A DNA stretch of 64,000 bases from Pseudomonadota bacterium. GTDB taxonomy: Bacteria > Pseudomonadota > Alphaproteobacteria > Caulobacterales > Hyphomonadaceae. The translations under genes were made by a program, and so were the position numbers. A model generated the notes under the pieces. That model did no database searches and was not told the DNA's origin. It saw only the letters and a list, made by a program, of their open reading frames with translations. This document shows positions 31,060-40,277 of this stretch, in pieces. The stretch's first letter is position 1. Every line of letters begins with the position of its first letter. The stretch is taken from contig JBCBBC010000005.1 in assembly GCA_038532145.1 (NCBI GenBank), positions 17,731 through 81,730 of the forward strand, read 5' to 3'.

Positions 31060-31682
31060 GCGCCTTCCTCTTCGATGGTCGCTTTCTCATCGCCCGGGAT
31101 TTCGGACGTCATGCCCTCCCATGGTGAGAGGAAATCGAAATTGCGATATTCCTGAGTCAACTCGACGGGCTCGTGCACGATCCGTTTCTCAAGATCGTCA
31201 TAGCGCACTTCTGTAAATCCGGTCAGCGGGAAGTCCTTGCGGAGCGGATGCCCCTCGAAGCCATAATCGGTGAGGATGCGGCGCATGTCCGGGTGATTTG
31301 AAAAAACGATCCCATACATATCAAAGGCTTCACGCTCGAACCAATCAGCACCACGATGCAGGTCGACAATGCTCGGCACCGGCGTGTCTTCATCCGTCGA
31401 AATCTTGACGCGGATACGCTGGTTCAACCGCATGGACAGCAAGTGATAGACGACTTCGAAACGCTGGCTGCGCTCGGGATAGTCGACGCCGCATACGTCA
31501 ATCATCATCTCGAACTTGCACATCTGATCTCGCTTTAGGAAGTCCAGCAAAGGCACAATCTGGTCGCGCTCGGCATAGACATTGAGCTCACCGACTGTGA
31601 TATCAAATTTCCGCACCGCATCCGGCATTTGACTCGCAATATGGTCGCCAAGCTCGTTCAGCGCTTCGACTTGTTCTGACAT
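31056..31682 (-). CDS. nuoC: NADH-quinone oxidoreductase subunit C
   Basis: I chose the start at [12 protein letters not shown] (ATG 31680-31682), 11 nt after the nuoB stop. Conserved [37 protein letters not shown]. The 253-aa track ORF over-extends into nuoB. Confidence 0.9.
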   Translation of the reverse strand: MSEQVEALNELGDHIASQMPDAVRKFDITVGELNVYAERDQIVPLLDFLKRDQMCKFEMMIDVCGVDYPERSQRFEVVYHLLSMRLNQRIRVKISTDEDTPVPSIVDLHRGADWFEREAFDMYGIVFSNHPDMRRILTDYGFEGHPLRKDFPLTGFTEVRYDDLEKRIVHEPVELTQEYRNFDFLSPWEGMTSEIPGDEKATIEEEGA

Positions 31683-31693
31683 GTCAGCACCTT

Positions 31694-32263
31694 TTAGCGG
31701 TCGATCGAGCCTTCTCGGCGGATCTTTTTCTGAAGTTGGAGCAAGCCATAGACGAGCGCTTCTGCAGTCGGAGGACAGCCTGGAATATAAATGTCGACGG
31801 GCACGATACGATCGCAACCGCGGACGACACTGTAACTATAATGGTAATAGCCGCCGCCATTGGCGCACGACCCCATGGAGATCACGTAGCGGGGCTCTGG
31901 CATCTGGTCATAGACCTTCCGCAACGCCGGAGCCATCTTGTTTGTGAGTGTTCCGGCGACAATCATCACGTCGGACTGGCGCGGCGACCCTCGCGGCGCC
32001 ATGCCGAACCGTTCCAGATCATACCGTGGATTGCCTGCCTGCATCATTTCAATTGCGCAGCAAGCCAGACCGAAAGTCATCCACATCAGCGAGCCTGTGC
32101 GAGCCCAAGTGATGAGATCGTCCGCCTTTGCGGTGAAAAACCCCTTGTCGGCCAGATGATCTGACAGACCCGCATAAAACGGATCGTCGCCGCGCACATC
32201 AAACCCGCCTTCAATCCCGGCGCGATTCGAGCTCAGCGCATATGGTTTGTATTCCCCTGCCAT
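31694..32263 (-). CDS. nuoB: NADH-quinone oxidoreductase subunit B
   Basis: Conserved [20 protein letters not shown] and [12 protein letters not shown] chose the start at [10 protein letters not shown] (ATG 32261-32263) to avoid overlap with nuoA. Confidence 0.9.
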   Translation of the reverse strand: MAGEYKPYALSSNRAGIEGGFDVRGDDPFYAGLSDHLADKGFFTAKADDLITWARTGSLMWMTFGLACCAIEMMQAGNPRYDLERFGMAPRGSPRQSDVMIVAGTLTNKMAPALRKVYDQMPEPRYVISMGSCANGGGYYHYSYSVVRGCDRIVPVDIYIPGCPPTAEALVYGLLQLQKKIRREGSIDR

Positions 32264-32274
32264 CGTGCCGGCTC

Positions 32275-32658
32275 CTAATGCCATTCGAGGGCACCGCGGC
32301 GCCACTCATAAATAAACCCGATGGTCAGAACGCCGAGGAAAATTACCATTGACCAGAACCCGAATACGCCAATTGCACCCAGGCTGACCGCCCATGGAAA
32401 CAGGAAAGCGACTTCCAGATCGAAGATGATGAATAGGATCGCCACCAGGTAGAAGCGAACATCAAATTTCATCCGCGCATCATCAAACGCGTTGAAACCG
32501 CACTCATAGGCCGAGTTTTTCTCCGGATCCGGACTACTTGGCGCCAGAATCGCGTTGCCGACTATGAAAAGAAGCGACACGGCCAGGCCGATTCCGAGGA
32601 AAAGGATGACCGGCATATAATCGAGCGCTAATCGTTCGACTTCGGACATTTTCAACAC
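32275..32658 (-). CDS. nuoA: NADH-quinone oxidoreductase subunit A
   Basis: 127 aa, 3 TM segments, with conserved YECGF and [15 protein letters not shown]. First gene of the operon. An alternative start lies 9 nt downstream. Confidence 0.9.
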   Translation of the reverse strand: MLKMSEVERLALDYMPVILFLGIGLAVSLLFIVGNAILAPSSPDPEKNSAYECGFNAFDDARMKFDVRFYLVAILFIIFDLEVAFLFPWAVSLGAIGVFGFWSMVIFLGVLTIGFIYEWRRGALEWH

Positions 32659-33011
32659 CTCTCCTCAAACGTGCCACACGAAATCTTTGCGCTCCGATAA
32701 GACGCTTTTCTGCCTAGGGCAATACGAAGACGCTGCTTAATCCTATCCTTTTTCACGGGCTTTTCTCCCCCCTTTTTGTGCGACCCGGCGTCACGGCAGT
32801 GAGAACGATTTGCAACAAGGACGGGAACGTCAATTTTTCGCTCATAGCGACACCAGAACGAGGTCCGCTTAAACCCACCCGCACCTTAAAGTTTGAGACA
32901 TCACGACAACAAGCCGACGTCGACAAGCGTTCCATTGATTCATAGATTCATCCCAGACCTAATTAGTCGTTTTCACGCCTGATGAAATCGACGGACGCGT
33001 GAGGGGACATC

Positions 33012-34049
33012 ATGAAACCGCTTGAATTTTCCCAACCAACCGAAAGCATTCCGGTCTTCTCCAGCTATCAGGCGGGGTCTGTCGACGCGTGGATCGATAC
33101 CTGTGCTACGATTTTCGGTATTGCGCCATTGAATAAGGATGACGCGCGAAAAGACTATAATTCCGCGTCCTGGTTCATGGACCCGATAACGATCAGCAAC
33201 TCACACTATTACAGCATGGCGGCGGAGCGGCGCAACTGGCACATCAACGAAGCCGGCGCGCAAATCCATGTCCATCCTTACGCCTATAGCTGTGCCTCGG
33301 TCGAAAGCGCTGGATTACCGGTAGAATGCGCAACCGGCGCCATAACCCTGCTTGACTATTGCCGCCCTTTTACATCCCTCCATACCGATAATGAGTGTCA
33401 CAGCTTTTTCGTTCCCCATGACGCCATCAATTATCGACCTTCTGACGCCCCACATGCGCTGGCCTATTCGGCACACTCGCAAATTGGACAATTGATTGGC
33501 CGTGAAATGGATAATCTGCTCGCACAGTTGAAAGGCGGAGCCACGATGATCGCTCCTGCCGACGTGCGGCGTTTCCTCGGCTGTATCGAAGTCGCCATGT
33601 CGCCCGAAACGGCGTCCAAGTCCGCCACCGCCCAATTCCGAGAAAGCCTGAAACGCGCAATCCAGCTCTTCATCGAGCAACGCTTGGATTCGCCAAATCT
33701 CTCGGCCACGCTGATCTTGCAGAACTTCGCTGTATCGCGCGCCTCGCTCTATCGCCTGTTCGACGTCGAAGGAGGCGTCCGAAATTACATCAATCATCGT
33801 CGCCTTGTTGGCGCCGTGACCGAACTCGCTGGGACGCCGCGCACGCGCGGACAAATCCATCGTGTGTCAGAGCGTTGGGGCTTTTCCTCCGATGCCAGCT
33901 TCAATCGCATGGTCAAACGCGAATATGGCGTCACGCCCGGAGCGTTGTTTCAAATGCCAGTTCAGTTTGCGGAAACGTTCACGCCGAGTTCGGGCGTCCA
34001 GGCTTTGATGCTGGACAAGGCCAGGACTCGCGACATGGCGTTGGTTTGA
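33012..34049 (+). CDS. AraC-family transcriptional regulator
   Basis: 345 aa. The C-terminal roughly 100 aa form a double-HTH AraC-type domain (LILQNFAVSRASLYRLF, WGFSSDASFNRMVKREYGVTPG). I did not recognise the N-terminal domain. Confidence 0.8.
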   Translation: MKPLEFSQPTESIPVFSSYQAGSVDAWIDTCATIFGIAPLNKDDARKDYNSASWFMDPITISNSHYYSMAAERRNWHINEAGAQIHVHPYAYSCASVESAGLPVECATGAITLLDYCRPFTSLHTDNECHSFFVPHDAINYRPSDAPHALAYSAHSQIGQLIGREMDNLLAQLKGGATMIAPADVRRFLGCIEVAMSPETASKSATAQFRESLKRAIQLFIEQRLDSPNLSATLILQNFAVSRASLYRLFDVEGGVRNYINHRRLVGAVTELAGTPRTRGQIHRVSERWGFSSDASFNRMVKREYGVTPGALFQMPVQFAETFTPSSGVQALMLDKARTRDMALV

Positions 34050-34068
34050 ACCTTTTATCACCGAGAAA

Positions 34069-34153
34069 TGGTGCGGATGAGAGGACTCGAACCTCCACGC
34101 CTTGCGACACCAGAACCTAAATCTGGCACGTCTACCAATTCCGTCACATCCGC
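34069..34153 (-). tRNA. tRNA-Leu (anticodon TAG)
   Basis: The reverse complement reads GCGGATGTGACGGAATTGGTAGACGTGCCAGATTTAGGTTCTGGTGTCGCAAGGCGTGGAGGTTCGAGTCCTCTCATCCGCACCA. It has a 7-bp acceptor stem, an anticodon loop TTTAGGT, a long variable arm, a T-arm GGTTCGAGTCC and an encoded CCA. Confidence 0.9.
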
Positions 34154-34271
34154 ATCCGTAGAGAGGCGCATTTAGCGGTCCATTTCAGACGCCTCAACCC
34201 CTGAATTTCCAATTCTGTGAAAAAGGTTACGCCCTGAATCAAACCCGAGATCAGAAATTCAGCGATGTGGT

Positions 34272-35162
34272 TCACTCGGATCCGGCGTTCATCTGCCCCT
34301 GTCCGTAGGTTTCAGAAACGCGCAGACGATCCATAACCCCGTCACAAATCTCACGGTTTTGTTCAATCCGCGCGGATTTGGTCGTCGTGGTAACGAGCAC
34401 GTCGCACTGCGCCGATACGAACGCATAGTCTAAAGCAGCGTCAGCGGATATCGACTCTGGCACTAATTGCCGTCCGCGCACGATGGCCCTTGTCGCACGC
34501 CACAATTGGCTACGATTCCTCGGAATTCCATCACTTGTTGGGACATGCCTGAAGCCCTCGATCCCGAAAAAGGCGACATTGGATGGAAAGGGGGAGAGCG
34601 CAGACGCCGCCTCATAGACGGGCGCCATAATGGCCGAGAAGGGCGCAGTCTCGGCCATCGCGGACGCGGCTTGATTGCGAGACGCAATCCCGACGGCCGC
34701 AACCTTACCGGCACGGATCAAACCGCTCAGCGCATGCTTCAACGGCTGATCAATTTGATGCCGACCCGGACCGTGCAGCCAGAGAAGATCAATACGGTCC
34801 CGCTTCAAACGCCTTAATGACGCTTCGACGCTTGCTATGATACTTTGAGGAGAGAAGTTCGAAACACGCTGAAGGCATCCCTTGGCGGTCAATCCCGCTT
34901 TGGTCATCACAAAAACGGACGGATCATTGCCAATCGCGCGACCGAGGCGACGTTCGCCAAGACCAGCGCCATAGGAGGGTGCGGTATCGAAAATCGTGAT
35001 CCCTTGATCCCTTGCGGTGCCAATCAAACGATCTGTTTCATGCGGTGCGAATAGGTGGGTTGCGAGCGGTCCGCTAACACCAAAACCCAATGGCCGTCGT
35101 CCCTGCAGGCGCATGAACAATTGCCTTACGCTCGCCTCCACCATTCGTTCACCTCGTGACAT
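34272..35162 (-). CDS. Aldo/keto reductase family oxidoreductase
   Basis: 296 aa with the FDTAPSYGAGLGERRLG motif typical of AKRs. Confidence 0.75.
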   Translation of the reverse strand: MSRGERMVEASVRQLFMRLQGRRPLGFGVSGPLATHLFAPHETDRLIGTARDQGITIFDTAPSYGAGLGERRLGRAIGNDPSVFVMTKAGLTAKGCLQRVSNFSPQSIIASVEASLRRLKRDRIDLLWLHGPGRHQIDQPLKHALSGLIRAGKVAAVGIASRNQAASAMAETAPFSAIMAPVYEAASALSPFPSNVAFFGIEGFRHVPTSDGIPRNRSQLWRATRAIVRGRQLVPESISADAALDYAFVSAQCDVLVTTTTKSARIEQNREICDGVMDRLRVSETYGQGQMNAGSE

Positions 35163-35486
35163 TTTGCCGTGTCACTTTCGAACCATAAGAAACCAGCCTC
35201 GTAATTCTCCGAGTGTCTCTATGCGCATCGAAATTTGCGGATGCAGCAATCACCGACGGGTTCCCGCATGAATGAAATCAATGCCCCGATCCGGCGGTGG
35301 CGGACGAAAAAAGTCGCGGTGGACGGATCGCGGTCGAATGGAGGCGTAATTCTCTGCAAAAGGTCATACACGCGGCGTGGACAGAAGCCTCACCCTGCCC
35401 TATAGAGCGCCGTTTCGGACACCAAAACGCCCAACAGGGGCGCGGGTTTCAGCTCTTAAAAAGCCCAACCCGAACCGCAATAAGGA

Positions 35487-36830
35487 ATGACCATTATGGA
35501 AAGCGTCGAGACCATCGAAGGTTTGAGCCGCACGTACAAGGTAAGCGTCCCCAAAGCTGACCTGCAAAAGCGGTTCGATGAGCGGATTGAAGAAATTCGC
35601 CCACAAATGAACCTAAAAGGCTTCCGCCCCGGCAAAGTTCCGGCATCACATGTGCGGAAAATGTTCGGCAAGGACATTATGGGCGAAGTGGTCCAGGCCC
35701 TGGTTCAGGAAAGCAGTCAGAAAGCCATTGAGGACGCTGATGTCCGCCCTGCCGGTCAGCCGGAAATGAAGATGGAAAGCGATATGGAAAAGGTCCTCGA
35801 TGGCGAAGAGGACCTCGCTTATGAAATGAATGTCGATGTGATGCCGGACTTTGAGCCGGTTGACATCGAGAAGCTGGCCATCACCAAACCCGTCGCCGAA
35901 ATCAATGATGATGAAGTCGATGCAAGGCTCAATCAGATTGCCGAAGCCAATCCGAAATTCGACAAGCGCGCGAAAACCGCGAAGGCGCGTCAGGATGACG
36001 CTGTCGTAATCGATTTCCTCGGCAAACTGGACGGCGAACCCTTTGAGGGTGGCGCGGCCGAAGAACACACGCTGGTCCTCGGCTCGAACTCGTTCATTCC
36101 TGGCTTTGAAGATCAACTGATCGGCGTCAAGGCTGGCGACGAGAAAGAAGTAAACGTTACCTTCCCAGAAAATTATCAGGCGGAAAACCTGGCCGGGAAA
36201 GAAGCCGTATTCGAGGTCAAAGTGCACGAAGTCCGCGCCCCAAAGACGCCGGACATTGACGAAGACTTCGCCAAGGGCCTCGGTCTGGAAGACCTCGACA
36301 AGCTAAAAGAACTCGTCACTGAGCAGATCAAGAATGAATTTGGCGGCGCTTCTCGCGCAAAAGCAAAGCGCAACCTGCTGGATCAGCTGGACGACAAGCA
36401 TGATTTTGACCTGCCACCAAAAATGGTTGAGCAGGAATTCAATCAAATCTGGCAACAGCTCCAGGCCGAAATGGATGCAGGACGCACCGCGGAAGAGGAC
36501 AAGGACAAGTCCGAGGACGATCTGAAAGCCGAATATCACACGATCGCGGAGCGACGCGTCCGCCTGGGACTGGTGCTCGCTGAGATCGGCCGACTGGCTG
36601 ATATCCAGATTTCAGAACAGGAAGTCCAACAGGCGCTGATCAATGAAGCCCGCAACTTCCCGGGTCAGGAACGCCAGGTCATCGAATTTTTCCAGAAAGA
36701 TCCGAACGCAATGGCGCAGCTGCGCGCGCCGATCTACGAAGACAAGGTGGTCGACCACATTCTCGACACAGCCGAAGTGAAAGAAGAGACGGTCTCTAAA
36801 GATGACCTTCTGAAGGAAGACGAAGACTAG
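35487..36830 (+). CDS. tig: Trigger factor
   Basis: 447 aa with a ribosome-binding N-domain (GFRPGKVP), a central FKBP-type PPIase region and an acidic C-terminus. Confidence 0.95.
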   Translation: MTIMESVETIEGLSRTYKVSVPKADLQKRFDERIEEIRPQMNLKGFRPGKVPASHVRKMFGKDIMGEVVQALVQESSQKAIEDADVRPAGQPEMKMESDMEKVLDGEEDLAYEMNVDVMPDFEPVDIEKLAITKPVAEINDDEVDARLNQIAEANPKFDKRAKTAKARQDDAVVIDFLGKLDGEPFEGGAAEEHTLVLGSNSFIPGFEDQLIGVKAGDEKEVNVTFPENYQAENLAGKEAVFEVKVHEVRAPKTPDIDEDFAKGLGLEDLDKLKELVTEQIKNEFGGASRAKAKRNLLDQLDDKHDFDLPPKMVEQEFNQIWQQLQAEMDAGRTAEEDKDKSEDDLKAEYHTIAERRVRLGLVLAEIGRLADIQISEQEVQQALINEARNFPGQERQVIEFFQKDPNAMAQLRAPIYEDKVVDHILDTAEVKEETVSKDDLLKEDED

Positions 36831-36855
36831 CGTTCACACCTCAACCTGTTCCAGG

Positions 36856-36884
36856 AGCCCGCGCGAAGAGCGCGGGCTTTTTTA
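36856..36884. terminator. Rho-independent terminator after tig (AGCCCGCGC-gaaga-GCGCGGGCT + T6)
   Basis: 9-bp GC-rich stem with a 5-nt loop, followed by TTTTTT. It lies between convergent genes. Confidence 0.8.
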
Positions 36885-37169
36885 TTGAACGACTGACAGC
36901 ATGCCCAAGTTCGCCAGGATGAAAATCAAGACGCTGAGCGCGAAGCAGCTGGCGACGATCACATGGTTCGGCTTATAGCCCTCCCGCAGCCAACCGAGGA
37001 GTGTGGTAATTCCTGTCGCAACAATGCCAAGAATGACCCCTCCAGCCGCAAGATAGGCGACCGTCATCGCACTGGCCAAGCTCGGATCCATTTGGTTACG
37101 GATAATTCCAACCAGCGCCGGCGTCAGAAAAGCAAGCGCAAGAATGATTGTTGGAATGGCGTTTTTCAT
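36882..37169 (-). CDS. Hypothetical small membrane protein
   Basis: About 95 aa from the internal start MKNAIPTIILALAF, with three hydrophobic segments. The upstream part of the 136-aa track ORF looks non-coding. Confidence 0.45.
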   Translation of the reverse strand: MKNAIPTIILALAFLTPALVGIIRNQMDPSLASAMTVAYLAAGGVILGIVATGITTLLGWLREGYKPNHVIVASCFALSVLIFILANLGMLSVVQ

Positions 37170-37304
37170 GACACGTCCCGATCTTGATTCCGCCCCTCTA
37201 TTCCATTGGGAGGTGGCAAAATCTGGACGAGAATACTGAGCCTGTGCCACAAATACAAATGGAGCCGGGGTCACCCAGCTCCATCGTATCAACTCAAGGT
37301 GGCG

Positions 37305-40076
37305 CTAAAGCCGTGGCGGAGCGTATTTGGTAAGATTGATCCCATCCACCGCAGCGGTGTACTCATCAATTGTCGGCGTCCGGCCCAGAATGGTCGAAAG
37401 GACAACGACCGGGGTGGAGGCCAGCAATGACTCGCCCTTCTTCTCGTTACTGTCAGCCACCACGCGGCCCTGGAACAGACGCGTGGATGTTGCCATCACC
37501 GTATCGCCATTCTCGGCCTTTTCTTGATTGCCCATACAGAGATTACAGCCTGGGCGCTCGAGATACATGATGTTCTCATAAGCCGTCCGCGCGGTGTTCT
37601 TCGGCGCATCATCGTCAAATTCAAAGCCGGAATATTTCTGTAGGACTTCCCAGTCACCCTCTTCCTTCAGCTCATCGACAATGTTGTAGGTCGGCGGCGC
37701 CACCACGAGCGGCGCCTTGAACTCAACGGTACCGTTCTGGGCTTCGATATTTTTCAGCATTTGCGAAATGATTTTCATATCGCCCTTATGCACCATACAG
37801 GAGCCAACAAAGCCGAGATCCACATCCTTGGTGCCTTCATAATATGAAATCGGACGGATCGTATCGTGCGTGTATCGTCTGGATGGATCATCGTTGTTTA
37901 CGTCGGGGTCGGCAATCATCGGCTCATTGATTTTGTCGAGATCGACTGTGAACTCCGCGGCATATTCCGCATTCGCGTCCGGCACGAGTGGGGGACGCTC
38001 GCCAGAGCGAATGTCCGCAATGCGCTTATCGGCCTTGGCGATCAGCCCTTTGAGCACGCCCTTTTCATTGTCCATGCCCTTATCGATCATGATCCCGATC
38101 CGGCTCTTGGCGATTTCGAGGGACTGGATAAGAGTCTCCGGCTCGGAAATGCAGATCGATGCCTTAGCCTTCATCTCTGCGGTCCAGTCGGTGAAGGTGA
38201 ATGCCTGGTCGGCCAGAAGCGTACCGATATGCACTTCGATGATCTTGCCCTGAAAGACATTTTCACCATCAAACTCGTCAAGCATCTGTGCTTGTGTGGC
38301 GTGGACGACGTCGCGAAAATCCATGTGGTCATGCAACGTGCCCTTGAAGCTCACCTTCACGGATTGCGGGATGGGCATGGTCGCCTCACCCGTTGCCAGC
38401 GCCAGAGCGACAGTGCCGGAGTCGGCCCCGAAGGCGACACCTTTTGACATGCGCGTATGCGAGTCGCCGCCAATGATGACGTCCCAATCATCGACCGTGA
38501 TATCGTTAAGCACTTTGTGGATCACATCCGTCATCGGGTGATATTCGTCCTTCGGATCGCGCCCTGTGATGAGACCAAACCGGTTCATGAAGCTCATCAG
38601 CTTCGGCGTGTTGCGCTGTGCCTTGATGTCCCAGACTGAGGCGGTATGGCAGCCGGACTGATAGGACCCATCAACCGTTGGCGAAATAACGGTCGCCGCC
38701 ATCATTTCCAGCTCTTGTGACGTCATAAGTCCAGTCGTGTCCTGAGACCCGACAATATTGACCTTGACCCGAACATCCGATCCGGCATGTAGCGTTTTGC
38801 CGGGCGCAACGCCAACCGCATTTCGGTTGAAGATTTTCTCGACCGCGGTCAGGCCTTTGCCCTCATGCGAAATCTCTTTCGATGTGGCATAGACGTTCGG
38901 CGCGTCCACACCAAGAATGGCGGCAGCCGTGGTCTGAAGCTTCTTACCGAACACGACGGCGTAAGATCCGCCAGCTTTCATGAATTCTACTTTTTGTGGC
39001 GTCAGCGCATTCGAGATGTCGACCAGTTCTTCCGACCCATCTTCATTATACAGCTTTTTGGTCTTGGTATTAATGGTGAGCACCGTGCCGGTGTCCACCG
39101 GGTAAAGCTGTTCCAGAATCGGCTCACCATCTTCATCAATGGCTGGTGCGCCATTGTGATTGAGTTTACGTGCCCAATTTTGCAGGTCGACACCAATGCC
39201 GCCGGTCACACCCACCGTTGTGTAGAAAATAGGCGAAATACCATTCGTGCCGCCAACAACGGGCGCGATATTGATGAATGGGACATACGGACTGGCCTGA
39301 ATGCCGGTCCATAGGGCGACATTATTGACGCCTGACATGCGCGACGAACCCACACCCATAGTACCTTTTTCGGCGACCAGCATGACGCGCTTGTCTGGGT
39401 GCTGGGCTTGCAGTGCCCTCAAAGCATTCTGCTTGTCCTGATCATGTTCGAACAGACATTTGCCGTGCAGCTCACGGTCCGAGCGTGAGTGCGCGTCCTT
39501 GCCTGGCGACAGCAAGTCCGTCGAAACATCACCGATCGCGACGACGAAGGTGACGACTTTGATCTCTTCTTCGACTTCCGGCAGATCCGTGAAGAATTCG
39601 GCATTCGCGTAGCTTTGCAGGATGCCTGTGGCGATAACATTGCCCGCTTTGTGGGCATCTTCCAGGCGATCCGTGTCGGCCTCGTACAGAAATACTTGCG
39701 TTTTCAGAACATCAGCGGCCTGCTTCGCTATATCCGCCTCTCCGCCCAGCGCCAGATCAAGCAGCACCTCAACCGAGGGCCCGCCTTTCATGTGTGAGAG
39801 CAGCTCGAACGCGTAATCGGGAGTGATTTCAGCAACGGTTTCCTGACCGAGGATGATGTCCTTAAGGAATTTTGCCTTCACCCCGGCCGCGCTCGTGGTT
39901 CCGGGCAGCGTGTTATAAATGAAAAAATTGAGCGAGTCGCTGCGATGCGCGTGTCCGGTATCCTTGATTTGCGCGATCAGTTCCGCCACCAGCGGCGCAT
40001 CCTCAATCGGTTTCGGGTGCAGACCATCTTTTTTGCGCGCTTCAATCTGTTCGAGGTAATCGGTGTACAGGCTCAT
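37305..40076 (-). CDS. acnB: Aconitate hydratase B / 2-methylisocitrate dehydratase
   Basis: 923 aa. The AcnB-type N-terminus is MSLYTDYLEQIEARKKDGLHPKPI. The aconitase catalytic domains carry a Cys-ligand region (GSCMVHKG, PGCNLCMGNQ). Confidence 0.9.
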   Translation of the reverse strand: MSLYTDYLEQIEARKKDGLHPKPIEDAPLVAELIAQIKDTGHAHRSDSLNFFIYNTLPGTTSAAGVKAKFLKDIILGQETVAEITPDYAFELLSHMKGGPSVEVLLDLALGGEADIAKQAADVLKTQVFLYEADTDRLEDAHKAGNVIATGILQSYANAEFFTDLPEVEEEIKVVTFVVAIGDVSTDLLSPGKDAHSRSDRELHGKCLFEHDQDKQNALRALQAQHPDKRVMLVAEKGTMGVGSSRMSGVNNVALWTGIQASPYVPFINIAPVVGGTNGISPIFYTTVGVTGGIGVDLQNWARKLNHNGAPAIDEDGEPILEQLYPVDTGTVLTINTKTKKLYNEDGSEELVDISNALTPQKVEFMKAGGSYAVVFGKKLQTTAAAILGVDAPNVYATSKEISHEGKGLTAVEKIFNRNAVGVAPGKTLHAGSDVRVKVNIVGSQDTTGLMTSQELEMMAATVISPTVDGSYQSGCHTASVWDIKAQRNTPKLMSFMNRFGLITGRDPKDEYHPMTDVIHKVLNDITVDDWDVIIGGDSHTRMSKGVAFGADSGTVALALATGEATMPIPQSVKVSFKGTLHDHMDFRDVVHATQAQMLDEFDGENVFQGKIIEVHIGTLLADQAFTFTDWTAEMKAKASICISEPETLIQSLEIAKSRIGIMIDKGMDNEKGVLKGLIAKADKRIADIRSGERPPLVPDANAEYAAEFTVDLDKINEPMIADPDVNNDDPSRRYTHDTIRPISYYEGTKDVDLGFVGSCMVHKGDMKIISQMLKNIEAQNGTVEFKAPLVVAPPTYNIVDELKEEGDWEVLQKYSGFEFDDDAPKNTARTAYENIMYLERPGCNLCMGNQEKAENGDTVMATSTRLFQGRVVADSNEKKGESLLASTPVVVLSTILGRTPTIDEYTAAVDGINLTKYAPPRL

Positions 40077-40236
40077 TTTAATGCGTCTTCCTCTAATTTC
40101 GGTCCTTGTCCGAGCGGCGGCGATCTATTTGTCGCGCCTGGCATCGGGAGTCTCAGCGTCCATGTATTTAAGCTGCTGCGCGGTGGCAAGCTCTGGAGCG
40201 CGGTTTAGTGACGGAATTGAAATACAATTCTAGCGC

Positions 40237-40272
40237 AAAAAAAGCCCCGGCACGATGGCCGGGGCAAAAAAA
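40237..40272 (-). terminator. Rho-independent terminator (GCCCCGGC-loop-GCCGGGGC flanked by A7/T7 runs)
   Basis: 8-bp GC stem with a 6-nt loop. On the minus strand a T7 run follows, immediately after the stop of the 1000-aa gene at 40278. Confidence 0.8.
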
Positions 40273-40277
40273 CGGTG

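Noticed and set aside
32753-32935. A 60-aa minus-strand ORF in the nuoA upstream spacer.
   Set aside because: It has no RBS and no recognisable features, and it lies in a region expected to hold the nuo promoter and 5' UTR.
34201-34262. A 9-bp inverted repeat, CTGAATTTC ... GAAATTCAG, separated by 44 nt. It lies between tRNA-Leu and the aldo/keto reductase and could be a structured RNA or an integration scar.
   Set aside because: The long spacer has no supporting secondary-structure complementarity. There is no duplicated tRNA 3' fragment and no integrase or mobile genes nearby, so it is likely chance.
40214-40230. An inverted repeat GAATTG-aaata-CAATTC upstream of acnB, which could be an iron-responsive operator.
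   Set aside because: The arms are only 6 bp. It does not match the Fur, Irr (ICE) or RirA consensus sequences as I remember them. It directly abuts the terminator of the upstream gene. There is too little signal to call it.
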